Assembly (NCBI GenBank): GCA_951406725.2
Contig: OX597814.1
Location: 212,350,001-212,414,000 of the forward strand
Direction: 5' to 3'
DNA: 64,000 bases
DNA from: Octopus vulgaris
Lineage: Eukaryota
This document shows positions 1 through 12,949 of this stretch, piece after piece. The notes below the pieces were generated by a model. That model saw only the letters and a program-made list of their open reading frames with translations. It searched no databases and was not told where the DNA came from. A program made the translations under genes and the position numbers. Within the stretch, counting starts at the first letter, position 1, and each line of letters starts with the position of its first letter.

Positions 1-500
1 GGGTGCCCCGCCACGTCGAAAACGGTAGAGGAGTAGGGGCCGAAACCGGATGTTGTTCCTCCTGGTGATATATTTAGCCACTGGATCTTATAAAGGAGCT
101 GTATGGCAGCGAACCATGAAACATGGTTGGAATTCCCCCAGTCATTGTGCCTCATTAATGGATATGTGAACTACTATAAACGCACGCATCCTACTAACTT
201 CATCCGACAGGATGAAGTTAGTAGGATGCGTGCATATTTTAACACTGTAGCATATTATGTAACATGATGAGGTTTCATTTGCTCTGTAGGGGGCGTTCGA
301 TTCCATTATATCGTACCCTACTCATTTGGAAGCAAAGCAGGTGTAACCCGAAACGATCGTCATGCTAAATAAAGCTTACAGTACAATCTGTCTCCCTATC
401 AATTATTTAATATATACTAAAATCGCAACAAGGAATTCCTTGCGTAGATCATGCGACGAAACTGCAGTACTGCCGATGACACCTAGTAGCCGTTTCAGTA
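1..500 (+). mobile_element. Cluster of PLE-terminal-like fragments with degenerate hammerhead-like motifs
   Basis: Three GAAA+palindrome motifs (GAAACCGG ~42, GAAACGATCGTC ~350, GAAACTGCAGTA ~458), each preceded by a pairable stem; AATAAA follows the second. Confidence 0.4.
182..233. repeat. Perfect 24-bp hairpin with 4-nt loop
   Basis: GCACGCATCCTACTAACTTCATCC (182-205), loop GACA, exact reverse complement at 210-233. Confidence 0.95.
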
Positions 501-970
501 AACGTGCTTTCAAAGCACACTGCTACAGTTAGGTACATAACCAAAACAAGGTTTGGATCCTACATCTTAAAATTTTCTATTTAAACTTTAATTTTAAATA
601 TAACCTATGTATATGAATACCTACACGTGGGCATGTAAATATGAATATATTACTTCTGTGCGTACATGTGTGCGTGAGCGCACGCATGTTTGCGTGTAAT
701 AAGATATTTGCTTTTGTGTTAATAGCTAATTTTAAATTGTATTTAATAATTATAATTAATATATCTCTAAACTTAGTTTCTCTATAATTCATAATTCGTC
801 GTATCATATTTTACAATTATTGAATTTCATAAAATAAAAATTGAATTCATATCCTAATGAATTCCTTATTTTTTATGAGATCATCTTGAAACTAATAAAT
901 TCAGTTATCAGCCTATTTATTCGTACATGAAAGCTCGTAAAATGTATACGTATTTATAATTTAATATTTG

Positions 971-974
<4 letters not shown>

Positions 975-1030
<56 letters not shown>
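975..1030. repeat. (TA)n microsatellite
   Basis: Pure TA run. Confidence 0.95.
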
Positions 1031-1036
<6 letters not shown>

Positions 1037-1420
1037 GGAAAACAAACACCTTTTATCAATTCAAAATGAACAATTAATTTACACCATCTAGAAAATTACA
1101 TATAAACAAAATATTAAAATAACAATAAAATGTCAATGATTAAGTAAATTACATATAATAGAAATATCAAAATTAAAATGATAATGTCATTGATTAAGTA
1201 AATGATTAGATATATTAATTTTAATATTTCTATTATATGCATTTTCTAGATGGTGTAATTTAATTGTTCATTTTGAATTAATAAAAGGTTTTTGTTTTCT
1301 AATTTTTCGTATATATATATATATATATATATTATATTATGTGAACTTTGATATAGTATTTCTAAATTGCATTTTTGTCCTTGTAAGTTTGGATTTTATT
1401 CCCTCAAATAATAATTATTA
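1031..1420. mobile_element. TA-flanked AT-rich repeat with internal inversion (family A)
   Basis: 1031-1100 is the inverse of ~1236-1306; the same sequence and the GGATTTTATTCCCTCAAATAAT end recur at 11230-11465. Confidence 0.65.
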
Positions 1421-2337
1421 TATATGTGTATATATATAGTCATATGATTTACTATATTATATTAAGTAGTGAAAATTTCATTCTGAATGGAAAAGCTTGG
1501 TATTTTTCTTGGGTTATTTATCACTCGTGTCAACTTACTTAATTCGTTGGAGCTGACGTTGTTCCTGGTTTTGTTAGTAATGTGCCTTCGTTATTGGGCA
1601 ATATTGAACACACCGTTGCCTTAAATAAATGGTTTGAATGAATTAACTTCTTCACAAGAATTGAGACGAGATTAATCACTTAGCAAATTGAACTGTGATT
1701 CATATAATTACTTTCAGCATCGACTTCAATCTTGTCTGTAAAATCCCTATCAGCGTTATGAGGTGAATGAATCTTACAGGGAGAATTATTACGATAAACA
1801 AGGTATAGGAAATAAAGAAATAATACAGCTTCCTTTTCGGATTACAAAAAGTTGTTTACATTATTTTGTACGGTGTTTGCCAGAAATAAAATCAATAACG
1901 TTACTTACTTCACTCTCCGCACAACGTCTTCTACTTGGAAAACGATTAAATTGCATGCTGTGATTTGTGGATTGTCGTGCTGTCGAGATAATTAGGTGCA
2001 GTACAACAAGTAACTGCATCTTTGCTCATACCGGAAGTTGCGGAACTTTTGGAATGAATAATCATACATTAAACTATTATCTCGTATGTTATAATATTAT
2101 GCCGTTATGATTCCCATGTAAAAGGAATGTGTATTTGTGTGCATGTATGAGTGTGTATGAGCATATGAACTTTTGAAAAACGACAGTATATATACTCAGG
2201 ATATTAGATAATATGAAGGTCTTCAAACGAGTAACTATTCCATTCCTTTAGAGACATTATGCTTACAACCTTCAGTGATATTATATTTATTTCATCATGA
2301 CTGATATATATATATATATATACATAAATAAAAGAGC

Positions 2338-3005
2338 AAAACGCCCCCCGTCCAATGGAGTTGTCAAACATTTAAACCAAATTTTCTCAAAACATTTTGT
2401 CCGATTGTCCCATAGTACTCCCATTTGAGAAAAACTTATTTAACCTAAATTTGCAGAAATAAAGATAAGTTTCTTTCTATTCCAAAGAAAAACGATTTTA
2501 TTCATACACATATGCAACCGAAGAGTTTAAATTACCAGTAATAATAAAGCTGTTGACTGGGAGAACACAAACATGGTTTAAACAGTAAGCTTGGCAGGAA
2601 AGAAACGTGCCTTTAAGCACTACAAAATCAACAAAAAATGAAAGCTGCAGTTATGTACAGGTTGATGGAAGAAAAGCAGGACCAAACCGATGCATGCAAA
2701 TGGGTTAGCTGGAGATAAATCTAGATGGAAAAGCATGACTATTTTTTTGCGCAAACTGCACGTGCATTTTTCTCGCGTACCCATAGTATTGATCGCAACA
2801 GCTGATGTACTTGCACGTACAAATGCACGTTCCCACGGCTTTATCGATCGCATTATCACTTGGAATCGATTTTTGTAATTTTTTCAAGACTTCTACCCGC
2901 ACTGATACCGTCTGTATCTACTTATCAAATTTGAGTGCAATCGGAGTGAGGATGCCCGAGATCCTAGAAGACACACACACAGACAGACAGAACAGATTTT
3001 TTATC

Positions 3006-3010
<5 letters not shown>
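2338..3010 (-). mobile_element. Non-autonomous Helitron/Helentron-like interspersed repeat
   Basis: Reverse complement of 41780-42446; internal (TGTC)/(TG) tract near one end and GC-rich terminus TTGGACGGGGGGCGTTT at the other. Confidence 0.55.
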
Positions 3011-3036
<26 letters not shown>

Positions 3037-3101
3037 CAGACAGAGAGAGAGATAGAAAGATAGATAGATAGATGTTCGATGTGTTGTTGTTGTTATTATT
3101 A

Positions 3102-3176
3102 TTCAGGTAACTGCCTAGAATCGAGATCGGAAGCTTGCGGTTAGTAGCCCTCGCTCTTAACCACTACGCCATATGC
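3102..3176 (-). mobile_element. Short tRNA-derived SINE head or tRNA pseudogene
   Basis: Minus strand TGGCGTAGTGGTTAAGAGCG (A box) ... GATCTCGATTCT (degenerate B box), followed by an (AAT)/(AAC) tail. Confidence 0.55.
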
Positions 3177-3179
3177 GTG

Positions 3180-4800
3180 AGCAATTATGGAGTGAATTTT
3201 AGAGCTTATAAATCTAATATTTCCCTATCCTTCTTTAATACCGGTTCCCATATGCTGTTCATATCTGCACTCGTTCTGCTTAGGAGGTTGTTGTGTCCTA
3301 GCATATGGGCTGCTTCTTTTCATTTTCGTATTTTCCAGTGGTGTTCTCTGTCTATTATTTTATCTTCATCCCACGGGATGAGGTGACCAGCTATACCCGA
3401 TTTATCAATATCTCCCCGTGTCACAGCTTTGCGATGATCCTTTTCACTTATTTTGAGAGTCGGCATGTTTCTCCTTTGTATAACCTACCACAGCTGCATG
3501 GGCTAGAGTACACACAGTCAGTTCTTAGTCATAATTTTGTCTATTGGTGGTTTTACTCGAAGGAGATATTTGCGAAGTTTTGTATTACTTTTGAATAGTC
3601 CTAATGGCATACGGGCCGCATATCTTTTGTATCTTGTCGGGAGGCCTTTCACATAGGATAGACACACTGTGGACAGTATATCGTTTCATCCCCTCTTTTC
3701 TTCCTATTGGAGTGGAGAGTATGCTTTTGGGGTAGTTGTTGCTTAATAGATTGTTACTGAGCTTGATCATTTCTTCGTGGTGGGTATCACGATCGCTACT
3801 TAAATTCATTGCTCGATGTATTAGGCACTGAGCAATCCCTCTCTTTACACTGTATGGATAGTGGGAGCTGAAGTTGAGGTATCGTCCAGTGAAGGTCGGC
3901 TTACGGTATACAGATGTCCTGAATCCAGACTTGCTGCATGTTATTAACACGTCCAGGAATGCTAGCTGAATGTATTTTTCGTTTTTCCACTGTCAAATGT
4001 ATGGATGGCTTTATTGCGTTCACATGATCGAACAAGACTTGGACATTTTCCTCGTGGAGCCAGAGTATGAAAGTGTCATCTACATATCGCAACGATAAGG
4101 TTGGTTTAATGGTGTTGATCCTAAATTCAAATTCTGAAAGTATTCCATGCATATATTGGCTATTATCGGTGATAATGGCGAACCCATAGCTAAACCCTCT
4201 TCACGTCGATATATATCAGTGTCCATACTGAAGTAGGTAGTTTCTACACAGAAGGTCAACATTTCAATCAAGTGTCTTCTTGGTGTACTAGTGCGCTCTT
4301 TTAGATGGGTGTCTGTCACTAGTGTTTCTTGAATCACCGATATTGCTCTACCAGCTGGGACTTTGGTGAACAGAATTATCACATCTAGACTCACCATCTG
4401 TTTGGATTCAATGGGGGTATCCTTGATCAATTCTGTCAAGTGGTTGGAATTCTTCACGTACGATGCTGACTTTCCAGCTAATGGATGAATATATCCACAA
4501 GGAAGCGGCTCAGTAGACAGCATGCTGAACCTCTACAGCTCACTATATGTCTTAATGTAATACCATCCTTGTGAATCTTAGGAAGACCGTACATATGTGG
4601 TAGTTTACTGCAGTCTTCAGTTAGTTTTCCGTACGTCATTGGTGTAAAGTTATTCTCGTACTTGATCAAGATCTGTGATAACTCCCTCTGTTTTCAAAGT
4701 AGGGTCTTTCTTTACTTTGTTGTAGCTACTATCACTTATAAGATTTGCCAGGTTTTCCGAATCGTCACACTTGTTCATCACCACTGTCGCATTTCCCTTG
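3180..4800 (-). mobile_element. Penelope-like retroelement RT + GIY-YIG, frameshifted (Penelope/Poseidon-like)
   Basis: Broken ORFs with YGLPKIHK, SLDVxxLFTKVP, GLAMGSPLSPIIAN, LRYVDDTF, VYRKPTFTGRYLNFSSHYP and GIY-YIG-like VYSSPCSCGRLYKGET. Confidence 0.9.
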
Positions 4801-5502
4801 CATTTGATATGCTTGTAAGTACGAGTGCAGATATTTGTACCAGTACGTGTACATGTGTTTGGCTTATATGCCTGTATATATCTGTTTATATAAGGAACAT
4901 TTCTAAGTTAAATATAACCGATTTTTACGTAATTATATAACCATTAAGTTTAAATGTGAGCATGGAGAAGATTCCAGATAGACAGTATTTTGAGAATGAA
5001 TGGTTGAGATGGTAGCTAGTGCCAGTAAAGTTATGTTTGAGTTAACGTCGTTAGTGAGAGTTGTAAAGATGAATGCGTTCATGAGCGCATGTTATGATAG
5101 TAACTATTTGAAAAAAAGAATATCATTTGAGTGGATGCATTATCTGTAGTGCAGATGCTGGAGTGTGTCCGTTAGAAATAGAAGGTCAATTAGCTGAGTG
5201 GATATTACACCGATGTCTACCTGCATAATGGGAGAACTATCTCAGATGCATGCTAAGTATTCTATTCATCTATATAGACTGTCAACAGATTATACGGACT
5301 GAATACTCATGGATATATTATTTCTATGGGCAGGCATGATATCTATGATAGAAGTGTTTATTTCAAAACCAACCACATTCCAAATAATAGAATACCGTTG
5401 TGTTCACTTATTAAGAATTGTGAGAAATCTAGCAAAAGCAAATATTTGGTTAACCAAGATTTTGTCCTACATATCAAATGATTAATGACGAGACTTTACA
5501 AA

Positions 5503-5713
5503 TACTCTTTTACTTGTTTCAGTCATTTGATTGCGGCCATGCTGGAGCACCGCCTTTAATCGAGCAACTTGACCCCGGGACTTATTCTTTTGTAAGCCCA
5601 GTACTTATTCTATCAGTCTCTTTTTGCCGAACCGCTAGATAACGGGGACATAAAAAAACCAGAATCGGTTGTCAAGCAATGCTAGAGGGAGAAACACAGA
5701 CACACAAACATAT

Positions 5714-5744
<31 letters not shown>

Positions 5745-5915
5745 CATATGTACGACAGGCTTCTTTCAGTTTCCGTCTACCAAATCCACTCACAAGGCAT
5801 TGGTCGGCCCGGGGCTGTAGCAGAAGACACTTGCTCAAGATGCCACGCAGTGGGACAGAACCCGGAACCATGTGGTTGGTTAGCAAGCTACTTACTACAC
5901 AGCCACTCCTGCGCC
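5503..5915 (-). mobile_element. tRNA-derived SINE, full length (family S1)
   Basis: Head GGCGCAGGAGTGGCTGTGT with A/B boxes, central TA/TG tract, tail GGCGGTGCTCCAGCATGGCCGC..CTGAAACAAGTAAAAGAG; multiple copies in the window. Confidence 0.9.
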
Positions 5916-7952
5916 TATAGCTACTTATTTGAGAATAATTTGAATAGAAATGAACAACGAACTACTCGTTATCTTATAAATACAGTATTCACTCTATTTT
6001 TGTGATTACTCATATACCTTGGCACCAAAAGTTAAACTCCATCTACCTTTAATCAGAGCCTAACTTAAATCACGAAAATGGAAACGATGCATCATGGTGT
6101 TGGATGAATTGTACTGCAGTTAGATTTGCGCTGATTGACGCCATCTACTGGGTCATTTGGTGCCTTTACCGACGTAACGCTAGGAGAACTGTAACATAAT
6201 AGTGTTTCTCTAGAGTAATGTCATTTAGGCCCCAAAGAATAGGGAGTAATGTTTTGTTAAACTGTCTTATGTAAATAAATATTACATACTTCCATACTCC
6301 AAGACATTCAATATAGTTGAAAATATATCTGATTTGTACTGCGTTCTGAACATTCCATTCAAATGCCAACTGAAAGATATTCTAGCCTCCCGTTACGATT
6401 TAATCTCCATTGGTTGTATTCATTCTATGTTTTAACTTTTTGTATCATTTACCAAAATTTCGTCCTTTTATTGACGCGAAGATAACTAAAGCATGATAGA
6501 ACAACTAAGAGTTAAATTTCAATTATTTATACAACTTTTTCCCTTTCCTATTCGTGACGAATATTTTCAGAATGACAGGGAAATTAATGATTGCGAACCG
6601 TTCTCTTCTATAATTCTGAATTTGTATCGTTATTCATTAAATGTGTATTAAAGTTCCTAGATTTTGTTTATAAAGACTTGTTTTTGAAAACCGAGAAAGT
6701 ATATGAAACAAATAATACTCATGACACATAATTTAATAGCATTATTACAGTCAGTAAGTTTATATATGAAGAACAAATTTAATTAGACTACACTCATATA
6801 TTACAAGTTATTTGTAAATTTGATTCTGAGGAAATACATCTAACAAATTTAGACGGACGCTTTTATATGTGAATTTCTTAATATCCGTACTTTGATGATT
6901 TATATAATAAATTTGCACAACAAATTTCCATCTGCTACAACAATAGGACGTCCAAATTATTTTTCTTAATGAGATACTGTCTATAACTACGGCTTCACTG
7001 TAATTACAAATAGTAAGTATTCTTGTTCACAAGAAGTTTTTAGTTTTGTTTAAATGAAGATTTATTGCCAGTTTCCTCCTCAGACTTCTGGCTCTTTTAA
7101 ATAGTAAATTTATATTATTTACAAAACTCACGCCTAGAATAATGTATCGGATGCAAGAGCTTTTCTCGGTTCTATTTTTATTAATCGAATGGCTCCATTG
7201 TTGTTATATTCCAAATTGCTGCTATTATGAAAATCCACTTGCAATATTCCCACAATCTCTCTTCAAGAGTTTTAATCCCTATTTGTGTTTCTTTGCTAAT
7301 TCCAAAACATTTTAACTGCATAGGAATACATTTCTATACATAAACTGAAATAGATTTATGTGTATTTTACATATCAAGCTAAAAATCGTAGTTAAAATAT
7401 TCAGTGGAGTTCGAATTGATAGAGTTTGCGAACTGTGCTTTGGTGCATTTCATTGAGTAGAGGTGCAATTGAATATGAAAGCTTTTTTCTTCTCAGAGTT
7501 GCCCAAAATGTTGGAAAGATTAAACAGCATATTGCGCTGAAGCGCGAACAAAGGTTAATGCTCGTACACAATAACAAGGGATTGATTCATCCTGCACTAA
7601 AACTAAGGAAAAGCAATCATTTGGAATAACTTTTCATATACATTATTTTCAGTGACAAAGCTGACGTTAAATAAGTTGATAGCATGAATAATTTGCAATA
7701 GATCATTCAAACACATTAGACGGTGGAAATTCCGTATCCCCATATTGTAAACCAATTAAAGGACCATGAACAAGCATCAACTTTCGTTTCGTCAGTATTT
7801 ATACATGGATAAACGTCTTTGGAGGTCATATCTAAAACATTACCTGGCATGTAGTTGCTAAGACAATTATGATCACATATTCTATACAAAAATTTTTACG
7901 GACTATCAGTGTGAATTAATAATTATGACACGTAACTGATAACTCTCTCTCT

Positions 7953-8337
7953 CTCTTTTACTCTCTTACTTGTTTCAGTCATTTGACTGCGGCCATGCTG
8001 GAGCACCGCCTTTAGTCGAGCAAATCGACGCCGGGACTTATTCTTTGTAAGCCCAGTACTTATTCTAGCGGTCTGTTTTGCCGAACCGCTAAGTAACGGG
8101 GACGTAAACACACCAGCATCGGTTGTCAAGCAATACTAGGGGGACAAACACAGACACACAAACATATACACACACACTTATATATATATATACATATATA
8201 CGACAGGATTCTTTCAGTTTCCGTCTACCAAATCCACTCACAATGCATTGGTCGGCCCGGGGCTATAGCAGAAGACACTTGCCCAAGATGCCACGCAGTT
8301 GGACTGAACCCGGAACCATGTGGTTGGTTAGCAAGCT
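7953..8337 (-). mobile_element. SINE S1, 5'-truncated
   Basis: Near-identical to 5503-5890. Confidence 0.9.
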
Positions 8338-8803
8338 AAGATTTATCAAAGTTTGAGAAGAGCTCAAAAGAGTGAGAAACTATTTCAGTAATCATGGCCG
8401 GCTTGTACGTCTTTCATAATTCTGCTTGGGCTGAAGGTAATTGTGTTCCCAGCAACAATAAAAAAGAAACAGAGAAAATTTGAATGTTTTTCATAACAAC
8501 TAATTGATGCGGTTAGCGTTTGAATTAGCCATCATGGCTAATGAGAAATTCTTTAGCAACAGAGTAGACGGCAAAACATTTACAAAATATAGTCACTCAT
8601 AGTACGTAAACAAAATCTGACTATATTTTGATGCAACTCAAAACCCTAAATATATATATTCGAGTATATGTCTATTTATATATGTGTGAGTGTGTGTGTG
8701 CGTGTATGTATGTATGTATGTATGTATGTATATTAATCTGATCTAATACTGTTTCCGACGCTGATATTGAATACACACAAACACACACATACACGCACAC
8801 ACA

Positions 8804-10053
8804 CATGCAGAAAGTAAATAGACACCTTTAATTTTCAAAATCTTTTATTTAAAAGCGAACAATTGAAATGTAATCAATAGGTAGGACTACATACTTTAGT
8901 ATTTAGCTGACATTCACTTTGCAGATTTTAATTCAGAAACTCTTTTTGGCATTGAACTGATGAGCTTTGTGATTGTCTCTTGTGGAATTTAGGCCTGCTT
9001 CTAGGCAACAATCGAAACAATTCATTTTACATTTTGGTTTCTGTCGAGGTTTTCGTATAGCCCTAATCTAGTATGCTCCGAAGATGTTCAATTGGGTTCA
9101 TGTAAGGAGATTGGCTCGGCCAAGGAAGCTTTTGGATCCAATCTTCAGCCAGCCGTTGTTGATTCCTTTTCGCTGTGTGGCATGGAGCCCCATCTTCCAT
9201 GAATATAAACTCATTTTTCGTTATGTTATCGTGTGAATACATTGAAAGTAGTCCTTGGTTAAGTCCTTTCGATGTATTTTTCAGAGTTTATGGTTCCAAC
9301 ACATTCGACCATCTCAGAACGACCACTGCTGGTGACAGCTCTCCATACTATTACAGAGATGCCGCTATGTTTCACAATTAGTTGGAGTCGCTTCATATCA
9401 AATTCTTGATTGGGAATCCTCCGGACACAAACACGTCCACTGTCTGAAAATAACGCACATCTGGATTCATCTGCGAAAATCCCAATCCCAAAAGGAACTG
9501 GATTTTTGTGACATCACCTTAGCCCATTTCTTTCTTTTATTTGATATTAATTGGTTGAAGGAGAGGTTTTCTTCTAGTTGCTTGTCCATAATTCCCAAGC
9601 TTATGCAGATATGTAACATACGTTCTTGGACTAACTTCTATCTAATTTGCAATGTCAGAAGACTTTCAAACGGTGTTCGTTTTCCACAATTCTCTTTACA
9701 CAGTGAAGTATCCTTTCCTAGGGTCCAGGTCGGCCGGAACGAGAATATGTTGATTATTTTCCTTGGCTTTTGAATTGCACTATAATTTTATTAACAGTAG
9801 CAAGAGGAATTTGAAGATTTTCGGCAATTTTTCGCTGGCTAATCCACCCTCAGTTTGCCCAAACATACGACCTCTTTGAAAATCTGACACTTCTGCTGAC
9901 ATTTTTGGGCGTGGCATGGTTACTCTTCGCAAATGTTTGACATATTGGTTCCTGGATTGAAAAAAGAATAATTACATTGTAAATTCTTCTCCACTGAAAA
10001 CATATTGGATCAGAAATTTTGAAAATGAAAAGTATCTATTTACTCCCTGCATG
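8804..10053 (-). mobile_element. Tc1-like DNA transposon fossil with TIRs
   Basis: ~35-bp imperfect TIRs CAG(AA/GG)AGTAAATAGA(C/T)AC.TTT.ATTTTCAAAAT at 8808 and 10049; minus-strand FMEDGAPCHTA and WPSQSPYMNPIE. Confidence 0.85.
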
Positions 10054-10075
10054 CCTGCATGTATATATATATATA

Positions 10076-10131
<56 letters not shown>

Positions 10132-10141
10132 CATATACACT

Positions 10142-10177
<36 letters not shown>

Positions 10178-10180
<3 letters not shown>

Positions 10181-11199
10181 ATACTTTGATAATTTGATAG
10201 GTTTCGGTCAATTTTGACCCAGACCATGTCTAAATGGCAGCACCTGGTGAAGTCATTCAAACCAGGAATCATGGCCCTCACGAGTAGATAGTTATTGTTT
10301 ACGGGGACATATCCGGCTGTAGGCGGTTTACTTTGGATTTCTTGAAGGAATTTGTCCCAAAACGTCTTGAACTTTATAGGGTCTGTTCCTGATTTAATGT
10401 GCTTCGGTGTAATGTTACGAGCGGGGACAATTAAGGTAAAATAATTGTGCCGTATTGTTGTTATGTGATGCGAGTATAATTTATGTCATGGGCGGTTAGC
10501 ACAGGGCCCAAGTCTTGAGTGAATGTTAAAGCTGATGCCAACATCATTTGGGCAATGCTGATGGAACATTTTCTACAAAAGGCGGATGATGTAGCATTCA
10601 CGGTGGCCTTACAGAAAATAAAGCTTGAGCTTTTCTTGTCTATCCCAAGGACTGTCATGCCATCTATCTTGTTTGTAATTTACCTCTGACAGGCTTCAAA
10701 TTTCATGATACTTTATTTCGTGTGGGGAGACTACATTGGACAACAGTATTCAAGGTGGGGTCGGGCAAAAGTGCAGAAGAGAATGATAATGGTCTGGATA
10801 TCTTTCGACTGGCAGGTTTCTGAGTATCAAGGAACATATTCTGCGGACCCTGTCAAATTTGTTCTTTACATGGGCGGCCCAGCGTATGTTGTAGTAAACA
10901 CAATTACTACCAAGTTTCTAATGCTGTTGGTATGGGAGTGTCAGGGTATTCCCTTTTACGAAGTGGATTAACTCAGATTTGTCCTTGTTTAGAGGCATAT
11001 TATTCTTTTCTGACCATTGGAAGATAACCAGTAGAGCTTACTGAAGTCATGTTCAGTAACTCACTCCACTGAATTTCTGGATCTTGGAATCTTCTGCAAA
11101 GTTTCTAATGTTGCTGTGCTTGATGATGTCAGTGATGCCATTGATGTAGCTGATGAAAAGAAGTGGGTCCAACACAGTACCTTGTGGAACACCACTACT
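10178..11199 (-). mobile_element. 5'-truncated CR1/L2-group LINE (RT C-terminal half and 3' end)
   Basis: Minus-strand SGVPQGTVLDPLLFISYIN..FAEDSKI; 3' end resembles the S1 tail; TA runs on both sides. Confidence 0.8.
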
Positions 11200-11224
11200 G
11201 ATTTATATATATATATATATATAT

Positions 11225-11470
11225 AACATATTAGAAACAAACACCTTTTATCAATTCAAAATGAATAATTAAATTACACCTAGAAAATTACATATAATAG
11301 AAAAGTTAAAATTCAAATAACAATAAAAAGTAAAGATTAAGTAAATTACAAAAATAATATAATGTATATAATAGGTAGAAAAAAAACATGTGCTTAGCTA
11401 CTTTATTATCTCCCCTTCTTCCTAGCTCTCCTGTGTCTGGATTTTATTCCCTCAAATAATTATTATATAT
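11225..11470. mobile_element. Family A copy with captured inverted fragment
   Basis: Matches 1031-1160 and 1391-1412; 11399-11434 is the inverse of 11649-11684. Confidence 0.65.
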
Positions 11471-11474
11471 ATAG

Positions 11475-12195
11475 TGTGTAAACAACAAACACATGTATTA
11501 GTTTAACGCTAGGGAAGTGAGAAAGGCGTTTACGTTTTGAACCTGCGTTCTTCGACAGAAAGGAACACAGAAATAAACAGGGAGAGAAAATAGAAAGAGG
11601 ATTAGTGGTTAGCGATGTATCATGGCGAATACCAGAGAGAATGTTCATACAGGAGAGCTAGGAAGAAGGGGAGATAATAAAGTAATGGTGATCCCGAAAT
11701 GAAGGTGCGCGTGCTTGTTTATGTGAGAGCTTGTATGTGTGTGTAGATGGTGGCTAGTAACAGTGACGTGTGCGTGTGTGCATGTGTAAGTGTGTGGATG
11801 ATAGTGTAGGTGCTGAGGACTGGTCAGTGCTAGTGTGTGCGCTGGTGTGGGTGCTAGGAAATAGTCAATGCCAGTGTGTGCAAGGGTGGTATGATGTGGT
11901 AGGGTGTGAATTGGTGGTGTATGTTGTGGTGTGTTCGCGTTGGGGTGTGGGGTAGGCGAGAGTGGGGGAAGCAAAGGTGGGGAGGGGCGAAATGAGATAT
12001 ATAGGGATGGTGGGGTTGGAATGTGTAGGGGTGGGGTAGCGATGGAGGGGTGACAATCAAAGAAGAGAGTGGAAGTGGGAAGGTGGGTAGAAGTGAAGAC
12101 AGGAAGCAGGTGCCGGAGCAAGAGAGGAGAGGTGGGTGAGAGGACGTAGATGTGAGAGGGAGACAGGAGAAAGGGGGGTGATTAGATAAAGAAGG
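11475..12195 (-). mobile_element. PLE-like 3' terminal region with low-complexity tract and minimal HHR-like motif
   Basis: Minus-strand CTGTCGAAGAACGCAGGTTCAAAACGTAA (11530-11558) resembles the motif at 17696-17725; GT/GA-rich body. Confidence 0.45.
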
Positions 12196-12199
12196 GAGA

Positions 12200-12785
12200 A
12201 TACACAACTCAGAAATAATATCAGAGACGTCATGACAATATAGCAAAGATTTCCATTGGACACTTTGCAAACAGTATGGATTTGACAGAGCATACATTTG
12301 GTACGAATATAAACACTAAGGCATCACCGAAAATGATAATGCAAAGATCCTATGGAATATGTATGATTCAGTGTGATCATGAGATAGAAATCAGGAAACC
12401 AGACAGTTTTAATAGAGAAAGAAAGCAAACTATGCTGGATCATAGACATAGCATTCCCAACTGACAACAAGGTATGCCACAAGAAAGAAAAGTCGAGAGA
12501 TATGACAGGTTAGCTTGGGAGGTTAAGCAGCTGTTGTGGCTGAAAAAGGTAGAGGTTGTACCAATAATTGTGGAGCCCTGAGAACAGTGAGTAAAAATCT
12601 TGAGAAGTACAAATAGGGGCTTCAATAAGACTCGATCGCTTGCCAAAAATATAACAGCCCAGCTTGGAACCGCTCGAATACTTCGGATGGTGCACGAAAA
12701 TTAAGGGGTGTTACTTTAGCTCTGTGGTTGTGAACAGCTGGCACCGTAGTACATCACCTGCGTTAGAGACTGTGCAAAGTCAACA
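12200..12785 (+). mobile_element. R4/Dong-like non-LTR retrotransposon 3' fragment (RLE domain)
   Basis: RRHDNIAK, HWTLCKQYG, KILW, IQCDHEIEIRKPD, KVERYDRLAWEVKQL, VVPIIVGAL; followed by an (AAT)n tail. Confidence 0.85.
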
Positions 12786-12858
12786 AATGATAATATTAAT
12801 GATAATAAGGAAAATGATAACAATAACAACAACAACAACAACAACAACAACAATAACA

Positions 12859-12932
<74 letters not shown>

Positions 12933-12948
12933 CATAAAAATAATAATA
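12786..12948. repeat. (AAC)n/(AAT)n microsatellite
   Basis: Trinucleotide runs. Confidence 0.95.
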
Positions 12949-12949
12949 A

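Noticed and set aside
845-915. CTAATGA..GAAAC as a hammerhead
   Set aside because: G5 is missing and no convincing stems I-III
3102-3176. Functional tRNA gene
   Set aside because: Degenerate T arm, no acceptor-stem pairing and a simple-repeat tail; treated as SINE or pseudogene
5635-6005. Recurrent ORFs such as RQASFSFRLPNPLTRHW
   Set aside because: Chance reading frames through SINE S1 copies
11645-12297. 147-158-aa His/Pro/Thr-rich ORFs
   Set aside because: Low-complexity GT/GA-rich repeat sequence with no domain or splice support
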